Shown piece after piece: positions 1-11,800 of a DNA stretch of 60,000 nt (position 1 is the stretch's first letter; each line of letters begins with the position of its first letter). Source of the DNA: Squalus acanthias (Eukaryota). The notes beneath the pieces were generated by a model. The model had not been told where the DNA came from. It saw nothing but the letters and a program-made list of their open reading frames with translations, and made no database searches. Position numbers and translations under genes: made by a program. The stretch covers positions 147,562,001 through 147,622,000 of the forward strand of contig CM059431.1 in assembly GCA_030390025.1 (NCBI GenBank), written 5' to 3'.

Positions 1-814
1 CCCTGTACCAATCCCAAACTAATCCCACTGCCCCACACTCTCCCCATAGCCCTGTACCAATCCCAAACTAATCCAACTGCCCCACACCCTCCCCATAGCC
101 CTGTACCAATCCCAAACTAATCCCACTGCCCCGCTCTCTCCCCATAGCCCTGTATCAAACCCAAACTAATCCCACTGCCCCGCTCTCTCCCCATCGCCCT
201 ATATCAATCCCAAACTAATTCCACTGCCACGTGCTCTCCTGTAGCTCTGTATCAATCCCACGCTAATCCCACTGCTCCGCGCTCTCCCATAGTCCTGTGT
301 CAATCCCCAAACTAACCTTATGCCCCGCTCTCTCCCCTTAGCCCTGTATCAATCTCAAACTAATCCCACTGCCCCGCTCTCTCCCCTTAGCCCTGTATCA
401 ATCCCAAGCGAATCCCACGGCCATGCTCTCCCCCCATAGCCCTGTACCAATCCCCAAACTAATCCCACTGCCCCGCTCTCTCCCCTTAGCCCTGTATCAA
501 TCCCAAGCTAATCCCACGGCCCCTCTCTCTCCCCATAGCCCTGTATTAATTCCAAAATAATCCCACTGCTCCGGGCTCTCCCCATAGCCCTACATCAATC
601 TCAAAATAATCCCACTGCCCTGCTCTTTCCCCATAGCCTTGTTACTAATCCCACTGCCCCGCTCTCTCCCCATCGCCTTGGATCAATCCTAAACTAATCC
701 CACTGCCCCGCTCTCTCCCCAGAGCCCTGTATCAATCTCAAACTAATCCCACTGCCCCGCTCTCTCCCCAGAGCCCTGTATCAATCTCAAACTAATCCCA
801 CTGCCCTACTCTCT
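1..814. repeat. 49-bp tandem repeat (ccctgtatcaatcccaaactaatcccactgccccgctctctccccatag), left block
   Basis: Unit recurs with 49-50 bp period (starts at 1, 50, 99); runs off the window start. Confidence 0.95.
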
Positions 815-815
815 C

Positions 816-1569
816 CAGATCATCAACACAGATACCATCATCACACGTGAGGACACTACCCACCAGGTACATGGTACATACTCATGTGACTCGGCCAACG
901 TTGTCTACCTCATACGTTGCAGGAAAGGATGCCCCAGAGCATGGTACATCGGCGAGACCATGCAGACACTGCGACAACGTATGAACGGACACCACGCAAC
1001 AATCGCCAGGCAGGATTGTTACCTCCCAGTCGGGGAACACTTCAGCAGTCAAGGACATTCAGCCTCGGATCTGCGGTTTAGCGTTCTCCAAGGCGGCCTT
1101 CGAGACACACGACAACGCAAAATCATCGAGCAGAAACTGATAGCCAAGTTCCGCACCCATGAGGACGGCCTCAATAGGGATCTCGGTTTCATGTCACACT
1201 ACATAAAGTGACTCGACATCGTTGTCTGGTTCACAGATGTGATTTCCAGTTTTTTTTTAAAAAGTAAAAAGCTTAACTGCAGACTGCAGCATTTGACGCG
1301 TTGGACCCCCTGTGACCCTACCTCATTGTCTTAGCTGTATTCTGCTGTGTCTTTGATGTAATGCCTCCCTGACGGATTGTATCTCTGCAGACACATTGTT
1401 CTCTGTCTATATATACTTTGTAACCGACTTGTAGTCCCTCACTTCACCTGATGAAGGAGCAGCGCTCCGAAAGCTCGTAATTTCAAATAAAACTGTTGGA
1501 CTATAACCTGGTGTTGTGCGACTTCTCATTTTTGTCCACCCCAGTCCAACACCGGCATCTCCGCATCAT
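816..1569 (+). mobile_element. Penelope-like retroelement 3' fragment: GIY-YIG endonuclease plus terminal-repeat region
   Basis: Open frame 816-1211 reads QIINTDT...CDSANVVYLIRCRKGCPRAWYIGETMQTLRQRMNGH...IEQKLIAKFRTHEDGLN, the VVY-x-C-x-C-YIGET pattern of Penelope GIY-YIG domains. A hammerhead-containing tail follows. Interrupts the 49-bp array. Confidence 0.88.
1444..1480 (+). ncRNA. Minimal type I hammerhead ribozyme (Penelope-associated)
   Basis: tcac-CTGATGA-a-GGAGC-agc-GCTCC-GAAA-GC-TC-gtaa: conserved core boxes, 5-bp stem II, AGCT palindrome in place of stem III; stem I imperfect. Confidence 0.75.
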
Positions 1570-3797
1570 GATCACTCTCTCCCCATAGCCCTGTATCAAT
1601 CCCCAAACTAATCCCACTGCCCCACTCTCTCGCCATAGCCCTTTATCAATCCCCAAACTAATCCCACTGCCCCTCTCTCTCCCCATAGCCCTGTATCAAT
1701 CCCAAACTAATCCCACTGCCCCGCTCTCTCCCCATAGCCCTGTATCAATCCCAAACTAATCCCACTGCCCCGCTCTCTCCCCATAGCCCTGGATCAATCC
1801 CCAAGCTAATCCCACTGCCTCACTCTCTCCCCATAGCCCTGTACCAATCCCAAACTAATCCCACTGCCCCTCTCTCTCCCATAGCCCTGTATCAATCCCA
1901 AGCTAATCCCACTGCTCCTCTCTCTCCCCATAGCCCTGTATCAATCCCAAACGAATCCCACTGCCCCGCTCTCTCGCCATAGCCCTGGATCAATCCCAAG
2001 CTAATCCCACTGCCTCACTCTCTCCCATAGCCCTGGATCAATCCCAAGCTAATCCCACTGCCTCACTCTCTCCCCATAGCCCTGTAGCAATCCCCAAACT
2101 AATCCCAGTGCCCTGCTCTCTCTCCCCATAGCCCTGGATCAATCCCAAGCTAATCCCACTGCCTCACTCTCTCCCCACAGCCCTGTATCAATCCCAAACT
2201 AATCCCACTGCCTCACTCTCTCCCCATAGCCCTGTATCAATCTCCAAACTAATCCCACTGCCCCGCTCCCTCCACATAGCCCTGTATCAATCCCCAAACT
2301 AATCCCACTGCCCCGCTCTCTCCCCATAGCCCTGTATCAATCTCAAACTAATCCCACTGCCCCGCTCTCTCCTATAGCCCTGTATCAATCCCAAACTAAT
2401 CCCACGGCCCCGGGCTCTCCCCATAGCCCTGTATCAATCCCAAACTAATCCCACTGCCCCGCTCTCTCCCCATAGCCCTGTATCAATCCCAAACTAATCC
2501 CACTGCCCCGCTCTCTCCCCATAGCCCTGTATCAATCCCCAAACTAATCCCAGTGCCCTGCTCTCTCCCCATAGCCCTGTATCAATCCCAAACTAATCCC
2601 ACTGCCCCGCTCTCTCCCCATAGCCCTGTACCAATCACAACTAATCCCACTGCCCCACTCTCTACCCATAGCCCTGTATCAATCTCAAACTAATCCCACT
2701 GCCCGGCTCTCTCCCCATAGCCCTGGATCAATCCCAAACTAATTCCCACTGCCCCGCTCTCTCCCCATAGCCCTGTATCAATCCCCAAACTAATCCCAGT
2801 GCCCTGCTCTCTCCCCATAGCCCTGTATCAATCCCAAACTAATCCCACTGCCCCGCTCTCTCCCCATAGCCCTGTATCAATCACAACTAATCCCACTGCC
2901 CTGCTATCTCCCCATAGCCCTGTATCAATCCCAAACTAATCCCACTGCCCCGCTCTCTCCCCATAGCCCTGTATCAATCACAACTAATCCCACTGCCCCG
3001 CTCTCTCCCCATAGCCCTGTATCAATCCCAAACTATTCCCACTGCCCCGCTCTCTCCCAATAGCCCTGTATCAATCCCAAACTAATCCCACTGCCCCGCT
3101 CTCATTCTCCATAGCCCTGGATCAATCACAACTAATCCCACTGCCCCACTCTCTCCCCATAGCCCTGTATCAATCCCAAACTAATCCCACTGCTCCGCTC
3201 TCACCCCATAGCCCTGTATCATACCCCAAACTAATCCCAGTGCCCTGCTCTCTCCCGATAGCCCTGTATCAATCCCAAACTAATCCCACTGCCTCGCTCT
3301 CTCCCCATAGCCCTGTATCAATCCCAAACTATTCCCACTGCCCTGCTCTCTCCCAATAGCCCTGTATCAATCCCAAACTAATCCCACTGCCCCGGGCTCT
3401 CCTGTAGCCCTGTATCAATCCCACGCTAATCCCACTGATCCGCTCTCCCCCATAGCCCTGTGTCAATCCCCATAACTAACCTCATGCCCCGCTCTCTCCC
3501 CATAGCCCTGTATCAGTCCCAAACTAATCCTTCTGCCCCACTCTCTCAATATAGCCCTGTATCAATCTCAAACTAATCCCACTGCCCTGCTCTTTCCCCA
3601 TAGCCCTGGATCATTCCTAAACTAATCCCACTGCCCCGCGCTCTCCCCATAGCCCTGTATCAAACTCAAACTAATCCCACTGCCACGCTGTCTCCCCATA
3701 GACCTGTATCAATCCCAAACTAATCACACTGCCCTGCTGTCACCCCATAGACCTGTGTCAATCCCAAACTAATCCCACTGCTCCGCTCTCCATCCAT
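1570..3797. repeat. 49-bp tandem repeat, right block (~45 units)
   Basis: Same unit as 1-814. Confidence 0.95.
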
Positions 3798-4432
3798 AGG
3801 TTACAGAGATAAAGATGATTGTAGGGGCTGGAGGAGGTAACAGAGATAGGGAGGGTTGTAGGGCTGGAGGAGGTTACAGAGATAGGGAGGGTTGTAGGGG
3901 CTGGAGGCGGTTACAGAGATAGGGAGGGTTGTAGGGCTGGAGGAGGTTACAGAGATAGAGAGGGTTGTAGGGGCTGGAGGAGGTTACAGAGATAGGGAGG
4001 GTTGTAGGGGCTGGAGGAGTTTAAAGAGATAGGGAGGGTTGTAGGGGCTGGAGGAGTTTAAAGAGATAGGGAGGGTTGTAGGGGCTGGAGGAGGTTACAG
4101 AGATACGGAGGGTTGTAGGGGCTGGAGGAGGTTACAGAGATAGGGAGGGTTGTGGGGCTGGAGGAGGTTACAGAGATAGGGAGGGTTGTAGGGCTGGAGA
4201 AGGTTACAGAGATAGGGAGGGTTGTGGGACTGGAGGAGGTTACAGAGATAGGGAGGGTTGTGGGGCTGGAGGAGGTTACAGAGATAGGGAGGGTTGTAGG
4301 GCTGGAGGAGGTTACAGAGATAGGGAGGGTTGTGGGGCTGGAGGAGGTTACAGAGATAGGGAGGGTTGTCGGGGCTGGAGGAGGTTACAGAGATAGGGAG
4401 TGTTGTAGGGCTGGAGGAGTTTAAAGAGATAG
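3798..4432 (-). repeat. 36/37-bp minisatellite (ggttacagagatagggagggttgtag[g]ggctggagga) derived from L2 LINE ORF2 C-terminus
   Basis: 12-codon period; minus strand reads PPYLCNLLQPYN repeats. It continues into non-repeated L2-like sequence at 4433-4486 (NFKILILF...). Confidence 0.9.
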
Positions 4433-4654
4433 GGAAGGGTGAGGGCCAAGAAAGGGTTTGAAAACAAGATGAGAATTTTAAAGTTGTCAGACATCCATTG
4501 CCTCGAAGGCAGCTCATGTATGTCCGGCCTGATCTCCTGGAGTGTGAGGGGAAACCAGGCTGTATTAATTGTTGGCCGTTTAATGTAACAGTGTCGAACA
4601 GCGATAGAAGAACAATACTGTTAATAGTCAATACATTGAAGCTTTTTGTTTAAA

Positions 4655-4880
4655 CTACCCGGGCCGGAAGTTCTTGTTGATGGAAGTACAACCCAACATG
4701 GCGACGGTAACTACGGGGAAGAAATCCGCCAACAAGAAGTATTTTCGGATAAGGAATTGGGCTAAATATTTGATGGTCAGTGACATGAATCTTGTCATTC
4801 ATGTATGAAGTAATACTGGGCGGCCTGCTGGTGGCGCTGTCCTGGGAGAGTATAAATACTCGGGCATGCGCCCAGCTTGC
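4655..4880 (+). promoter_or_regulatory. Promoter-like island with possible first coding exon
   Basis: CCGGAAGT (ETS-type) 4664-4671; AACATGGCG (YY1/Kozak-like) with ATG at 4698; frame MATVTTGKKSANKKYFRIRNWAKYLM then GTCAGT at 4776; CTCF-like ggcctgctggtggcgctg ~4822; GCATGCGC (NRF1-like) ~4864. Confidence 0.4.
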
Positions 4881-5059
4881 TCAGGACATTCCTCAACAGG
4901 AATTAGTGAAGGACACAACTAGATCTCCATGTTGAAAAACAGTTGATTAAAGCTTTGTTTAATGCTTAGACCAAGTGCCTAGTAGAATCCTTTTGTCAGT
5001 CAGTGTCAAGTTAGTTTAAGTGTTTGGTTTAGAGTGTTTTAGTGTTTTAGTGAGACAGG

Positions 5060-5282
5060 TCAGTGCCTGACCCCCAGTCCCAGAGGGGGAGAGTTCAGTG
5101 CTTGACCCCCAGTCCCAGAGGGGGAGAGTTCAGTGCCTGACCCCCAGTCCTAGAGGGGGAAAGTTCAGTGCCTGAGCCCAGTCCCAGAGGGTGAGAGTTC
5201 AGTGCATGAGCCCCAGTCCCAGAGGGGGAGGGTTCAGTGTCTGACCCCCAGTCCCAGAGAGTGAGAGGTCAATGCCTGACCT
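5060..5282. repeat. 35-bp tandem repeat (ttcagtgcctgacccccagtcccagagggggagag), ~6 copies
   Basis: Direct periodicity. Confidence 0.9.
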
Positions 5283-5459
5283 ACTTTCTGGTATAGCTGT
5301 TCCACACCGTTAATGCTGGGTGGCTGTCCCTTTAAGATGGGAGGCGCTGCATTTCCCCAGTGACGCCACAAGAGGGACATTGGCCTGCTCCGTGGGTCTC
5401 TGAGGGCATCTGGTGGCCGTGGCCCGGTACTGCGGCTCACCCAGTGTGTGGACCTCAGA

Positions 5460-5742
5460 CCCAAACACACACACAGAGCAGGAAAGGCCCAGGATCCATC
5501 CCTGGAATAGAGCCCAACACACACACACACACAGAGCAGGAAAGGCCCAGGCTCCATCCCCAGACTAAACCCCCCCCACACACACACACAGAGCAGGAAA
5601 GGCCCAGGCTCCATCCCTGGAATAGAGCCCCACACACACACACACACACAGAGCAGGAAAGGCCCAGGCTCCATCCCCGGACTAGAGCCCCCCGCACACA
5701 CAGAGCAGGAAAGGCCCAGGCTCCATCCCCGGACTAGAGCCT

Positions 5743-5777
<35 letters not shown>

Positions 5778-5858
5778 CAGGAAAGGCCCAGGCTCCATCC
5801 CCGGACTAGAGTCCCACACACACACAGAGGAGGTAAGGCCCAGGCTCCATTCCCGGAC
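5460..5858. repeat. ~55-70 bp compound repeat with variable (CA)n tract
   Basis: (ca)n-gagcaggaaaggcccaggctccatcccc-ggactagagccc repeated ~7 times. Confidence 0.9.
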
Positions 5859-8800
5859 TCTGTATCTAACCCGTGCTGTACCTGCCCTGGGAGTGTTTGA
5901 CGGGACAGTGTAGAGTAAGCTTTAATCTGTATCTAACCCGTGCTGGAACTGCCCTGGGAGTGTATGATGGGACAGTGTAGAGGGAACTTTACTCTGTATC
6001 TAACCCGTGCTGTACCTGCCCTGGGAGTGTTTGATGGGACAGTGTAAAGGGAGCTTTACTCTGTATCTAACCTGTGCTGTACCTGCCCTGGGATTGTTTG
6101 ATGGGACAGTTTAGAGGGATATTTACTCTGTATCTAACCCGTGCTGTACCTGCCCTGGGATTGTTTGATGGGACAGTGTAGAGGGAGGTTGACTCTGTAT
6201 CTAACCCGTGCTGTACCTGCCCTGGGAGTGTTTGATGGGACAGTGTAGAGGGAGGTTTACTCTGTATCTAACCCGTGCTGTACCTGCCCTGCAAGTGTTT
6301 GATGGCAGAGTGTAGATGGAGCTTTCCTATTTATCTAACCCGTGCTATACCTGCCCTGGGAGTGTTTGATGGGACAGTGTAGAGGGAGCTTTACTCTGTA
6401 TCTAACCCGTGCTGTACCAGGCCTAGGAGTGTTTGATGGGACAGTGTAGATGGAGCTTTACTCTGTATTTAACCCGTGCCTTACCTGCCCTGCGAATGTT
6501 TGATGGGACAATGTAGAGGGAGCTTTACTCTGTATCTAACCCTTGCTGTACCTGCCCTGGGAGTGTTTGACGGGACAGTGTCGAGGGAGCTTTACTCTGT
6601 ATCTAAGCCCGTTCTGTACCTTGCCTGGGAGTGTTTGATGGGAGAGTGCCGAGGGAGCTTTTTTCTGTATCTAACCCGTGCTGTACCTGCCCTGGGAGTG
6701 TTTGATGGGACAGTGTAGAGGGAGCTTTACTCGGTATCTAACCCGAGCTGTAACTGACCTGGGAGTGTTTGACGGGACAGTTCAGAGGGAGCTTTAATCT
6801 GTATCTAACCCGTGCTGTACCTGCCCTGGGACTGTTTGATGGGACAGTGTAGATGGAGCTTTACTCTGTATTTAACCCGTGCTGTAACTGACCTGGGAGT
6901 GTTTGATGGGTCAGTGTAGAGGGAGCTTTACTCTGTATCTAACCCGTGCTGTAACTGACCTGGGAGTGTTTGATGGGTCAGTGTAGATGGAGCTTTACTC
7001 TGTATCTAACCTGTGCTGTACCTGCCCTGGGAGTGTTTGGAGAGAGCTTTACTCTGTATCTAACCCGTGCTGTACTCGGCCTGGGAGTGTTTGATGGGAC
7101 TTGTAGAGGGAGCTTTACTCTGTATCTAACCCGTGCCTTACCTGCCCTGGGAGTGTTTGATGGGACAATGTAGAGGGAGCTTTACTGTGTAGCTAAGCCG
7201 TGCTGTAACTGACCTGGGAGTGTTTGACAGGACAGTGCAGAGGAAGCTTTACTCTTTATTTAACCCATGCTGTACCTGGCCTCGGAATGTTTGATGGGAC
7301 AGTGTAGAGGGAGCTTTACTCTGTATCTAACCCGTGCTGTACCAGGCCTGGGAGTGTTTGATAGGACCTGTAGAGGGAGCTTTACTCTGTATCTAACCTG
7401 TGCTGTACCTGCCCTGGGAGTGTTTGATGGGACAATGTAGAGGGAGCTTTACTCTGTATCTAACCCATGCAGTACCTGCCCTGGGAGTGTTTGACGGGGT
7501 AGTGTAGAGGGAGCTTTACTCTGTATCTAACCCGTGCTGTAGCTGCCATGGGAGTGTATGATGGGACAGTGTAGAGGGAGCTTTACTCTGTATCTAACCC
7601 CGTTCTGTACCTTCCCTGGGAGTGTTTGCTGGGACAGTGTAGAGGGAGCTTTACTCTGTATCTAAACCGTGCTATACCTGCCCTGGGAGTGTTTGACAGG
7701 ACTGTGTAGAGTGAGTTTTACTCTGTATCTAACCCGTGCTGTACCAGGCCTGGGAGTGTTTGATGGGACATTTCAAGGGAGCTTTACTCTGTATCTAACC
7801 CGTGCTGTTCTAGGGCTGGGAGTGTTTGATGAGACCTGTAGAGGGAGCTTTACTCTGGATCTAACCCGTGCTGTACCAGGCCTGGCAGTCTTTGATGGGA
7901 CAGTGTAGATGGAGCTTTACTCTGTATTTTACCCGTGCTGTAACTAACCTGGGAGTTTTTGATGGGTCAGTGTAGAGGGAGCTTTACTCTGTATCTAACC
8001 TGTGCTGTACCTGCCATGGGAGTGGGAGTGTATGATGGGACAGTGCAGAGGGAGCTTTACTCTGTATCTAACCCCGTTCTGTACCTTCCATGGGAGTGTT
8101 TGATGGGAGAGTGTAGAGGGAGCTTTACTCTGGATCTAACCCTTGCTGTGCCTGCCCTGGGATTGTTTGATGGGACAGTGTAGAGGGAGCTTACTCTGGA
8201 TCTAACCCTTGCTGTGCCTGCCCTGGTATTGTTTGATGGGACAGTGTAGAGGGAGCTTTACTTTGTATCTAAACCGTGCTGTGCCTGTCCTGGGAGTGTT
8301 TGACAGGACAGTGTAGAGTGAGTTTTACTCTGTATCTAACCCGTGCTGTACCAGGCCTGGGCGTGTTTGATGGGACATTTCGAGGGAGCTTTACTCTGTA
8401 TCTAACCCATGCTGTACTAGGCCTGGGAGTGTTTGATGGGACCTGTAGAGGGAGCTTTACTCTGTATCTAACCCGTGCTATACCAGGCCTGGCAGTGTTT
8501 GATGGGACAGTGTAGATGGAGCTTTACTCTGTATTTTACCCGTGCTGTAACTGACCTGGGAGTGTTTGAAGGGTCAGTGTTGAGGGAGATTTACTCTGTA
8601 TCTAACCTGTGCTGTACCTGCCCTGGGAGTGTTTTATGGGACAGTGTAGAGAGAGCTTTACTCTGTATCTAACCCGTGCTGTACCAGGCCTGGGAGTGTT
8701 TGATGGGACAGTGTAGAGGGAGCTTTACTCTGGCTCTAACCCTTGCTGTGCCTGCCCTGGGATTGTTTGATGGGACAGTGTAAGGGGAGCTTTACTCTGG

Positions 8801-11800
8801 ATCTAATCCTTGCCGTGCCTGCCCTGGGTTTGTTTGATGGGACAGTGTAGAGGGAGCTTTACTCTGTATCTAACCCGTGCTGTAACTGACCTGGGAGTGT
8901 TTGATGGGACAGTGTAGAGAGTGCTTTACTCTGTATCTAACCCACGCTGTACCAGGCCTGGGAGTGTTTGATGGGACCAGTAGAGGGAGCTTTACTCTGT
9001 ATCTAACCCGTGCTGTTCCTGCCCTGGGAGTGTTTGATGGGAGAGTGTAGAGGGAGCTTTACTCTGTATTTAACCCGTGCTGTACCTGGCCTGAAAGTGT
9101 TTGATGGGACAGTTAGAGGCAGCTTTACTCTGTATCTAACCCGTGCTGTACCAGGCCTGGGAGTGTTTGATGGGACAGTGTAGATGGAGCTTTACTCTGT
9201 ATTTAACCCGTGCCTTACCTGCCCTGCGAATGTTTGATGGGACAATGTAGAGGGACCTTTATTTTGTATCTAACCCGTGCTGTAACTGACCTGGGAGTGT
9301 TTGATGGGTCAGTGTAGAGGTAGCTTTACTCTGTATCTAACCCGTGCTGTACCTGCCCTGGGAGTGTTTGACAGGACAGTGTAGAGGGAGCTTTACTCTG
9401 TATCTAACCCATGCTGTACCTGGCCTCGGAGTGTTTGATGGGACAGTGTAGAGGGAGCTTTACTCTGTATCTAACCCGTGCTGTACCTGCCCTGGGAGTG
9501 TTTGATGGGACAGTGTAGAGGGAGCTTTACTCTGTATCTAACCCGTGCTGTACCTGCCCTGGGAGTGTTTGACGGGACAGTGTCGAGGGAGCTTTACTCT
9601 GTATCTAACCCGTGATGTACCTGCCCTGGGAGTGTATGATGGGACAGTGCAGAGAGAGCTTTACTCTGTATCTAATCCGTGCTGTACCAGGCCTGGGAGT
9701 GTTTGATGGGAGAGTGTAGAGGGAGCTTTACGCTGGATCCAACCCTTGCTGTGCCTGCCCTGGGATTGTTTGATGGGACAGTGTAGGGGGAGCTTTACTC
9801 TGGATCTAATCCTTGCTGTGCCTGCCCTGGGATTGTTTGATGGGACAGTGTAGAGGGAGCTTTTCTCTGTATCGAACCCGTGCTGTACCAGGCCTGGGAG
9901 TGTTTGATGGGACCAGTAGAGGGAGCTTTACTCTGTATCTAACCCGTGCTGTATCAGGCCTGGGAGTGTTTGATGGGACAGTGTAGAGGGAGCTTTACTC
10001 TGTATCTAACCCGTGCTGTACCTGCCCTGGGAGTGTTTGATGGGACAGTGTAGAGGGAGCTTTACTCTGTATCTAACCCGTGCTGTACCTGCCCTGGGAG
10101 TGTTTGACGGGACAGTGTCGAGGGAGCTTTACTCTGTATCTAACCCGTGCTGTACCTGCCCTGGGAGTGTATGATGGGACAGTGTAGAGAGAGCTTTACT
10201 CTGTATCTAACCCGTGCTGTACCAGGCCTGGGAGTGTTTGATGGGACCAGTAGAGGGAGCTTTACTCTGTATCTAACCCGTGCTGTACCTGCCCTGGGAG
10301 TGTTTGATGGGAGAGTGTAGAGGGAGCTTTACTCTGGATCCAACCCTTGCTGTGCCTGCCCTGGGATTGTTTGATGGGACAGTGTAGGGGGAGCTTTACT
10401 CTGGATCTAATCCTTGCTGTGCCTGCCCTGGGATTGTTTGATGGGACAGTGTAGAGGGAGCTTTTCTCTGTATTTAACCCGTGCTGTACCTGCCCTGGGA
10501 GTGTATGATGGGACAGTGTAGAGGGAGCTTTACTCTGTATCTAACCCGTGCTGTACCTGCCCTGGGAGTGTTTGATGGGAGAGTGTAGAGGGAGCTTTAC
10601 TCTGGATCCAACCCTTGCTGTGCCTGCCCTGGGATTGTTTGATGGGACAGTGTAGGGGGAGCTTTACTCTGGATCTAATCCTTGCTGTGCCTGCCCTGAG
10701 ATTGTTTGATGGGACAGTGTAGAGGGAGCTTTTCTCTGTATTTAACCCGTGCTGTACCTGCCCTGGGAGTGTATGATGGGACAGTGTAGAGGGAGCTTTA
10801 CTCTGTATCTAACCCGTGCTGTACCTGCCCTGGGAGTGTTTGATGGGAGAGTGCAGAGGGAGCTTTACTCTGTATCAAACCCGTGCTGCACCTGCCCTGG
10901 GAGTGTTTGATGGGACCAGTAGAGGGAGCTTTACTCTGTATCTAACCCATGCTGCACCTGCCCTGGGAGTGTTTGATGGGAGAGTGTAGAGGGAACTTTA
11001 CTCTGGATCTAATCCTTGCTGTGCCTGCCCTGGGATTGTTTGATGGGACAGTGTAGAGGGAGCTTTACTCTGTATTTAACCCATGCTGTACCTGGCCTGG
11101 AAGTGTTTGATGGGACAGTTAGAGGCAGCATTAGTCTGTATCTAACCCGTGCTGTACCTAAACATAGAAACATAGAAACTAGGAGCAGAAGTAGGCCATT
11201 CGGCCCGTCGAGCCTGCTCCACCATTCAATACGATCATGGCTGATCATCCAAATCCAGTACCCTGTCCCTGCTTTCTCACACAGAATCCCCATTGAGCCT
11301 GCACCGACACATATCCCACCCTATCCCCGTAACCCCACGTATTTAATTCCCCCTAACATATCCCATCCTATCCCCATAACCCCACATATTTAATCCCCCC
11401 CTAACACTAAGGGTCAATTTATCATAGCCAAATCATCCTAACCCACACATTTTTGGACTGTGGGAGGAAACCGGAGCACCCGGAGGAAATCCACGCAGAC
11501 ACGGGGAGAATGTGCAAACTCCACACAGACAGTCACCCGAGGCCAGATTCAAACCCGGGTCCCTGGCGCTGTGAGGCACCAGTGCTAACCACTATGCCAC
11601 CATGTTGCCCTGGCCTGGAAGTGTTTGATGGGACAGTTAGAGGCAGCTTTACTCTGTATCTAACCCGTGCTGTACCTGCCCTGGGAGTGTTTGATGGGAC
11701 AGTGTAGAGTGAGCTTTACTCTGTATCTAACCCGTGCTGTACTAGGCCTGGGAGTGTTTGATGGGAGAGTGTAGAGGGAGCTTTACTCTGTATCTAAACC

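Noticed and set aside
1..3797. Telomeric repeat (C-rich strand with ctaa/cccaaa)
   Set aside because: No (CCCTAA)n runs; unit better explained as a CR1 ORF2 terminus.
4095..4631. 178-aa repeat protein (PPYLCNLLQ repeats)
   Set aside because: In-frame only where 36-bp units dominate; 37-bp units break the frame; L2-derived minisatellite.
11545..11610. tRNA gene (also 24885-24950)
   Set aside because: A/B boxes belong to the tRNA-derived SINE head; no complete cloverleaf.
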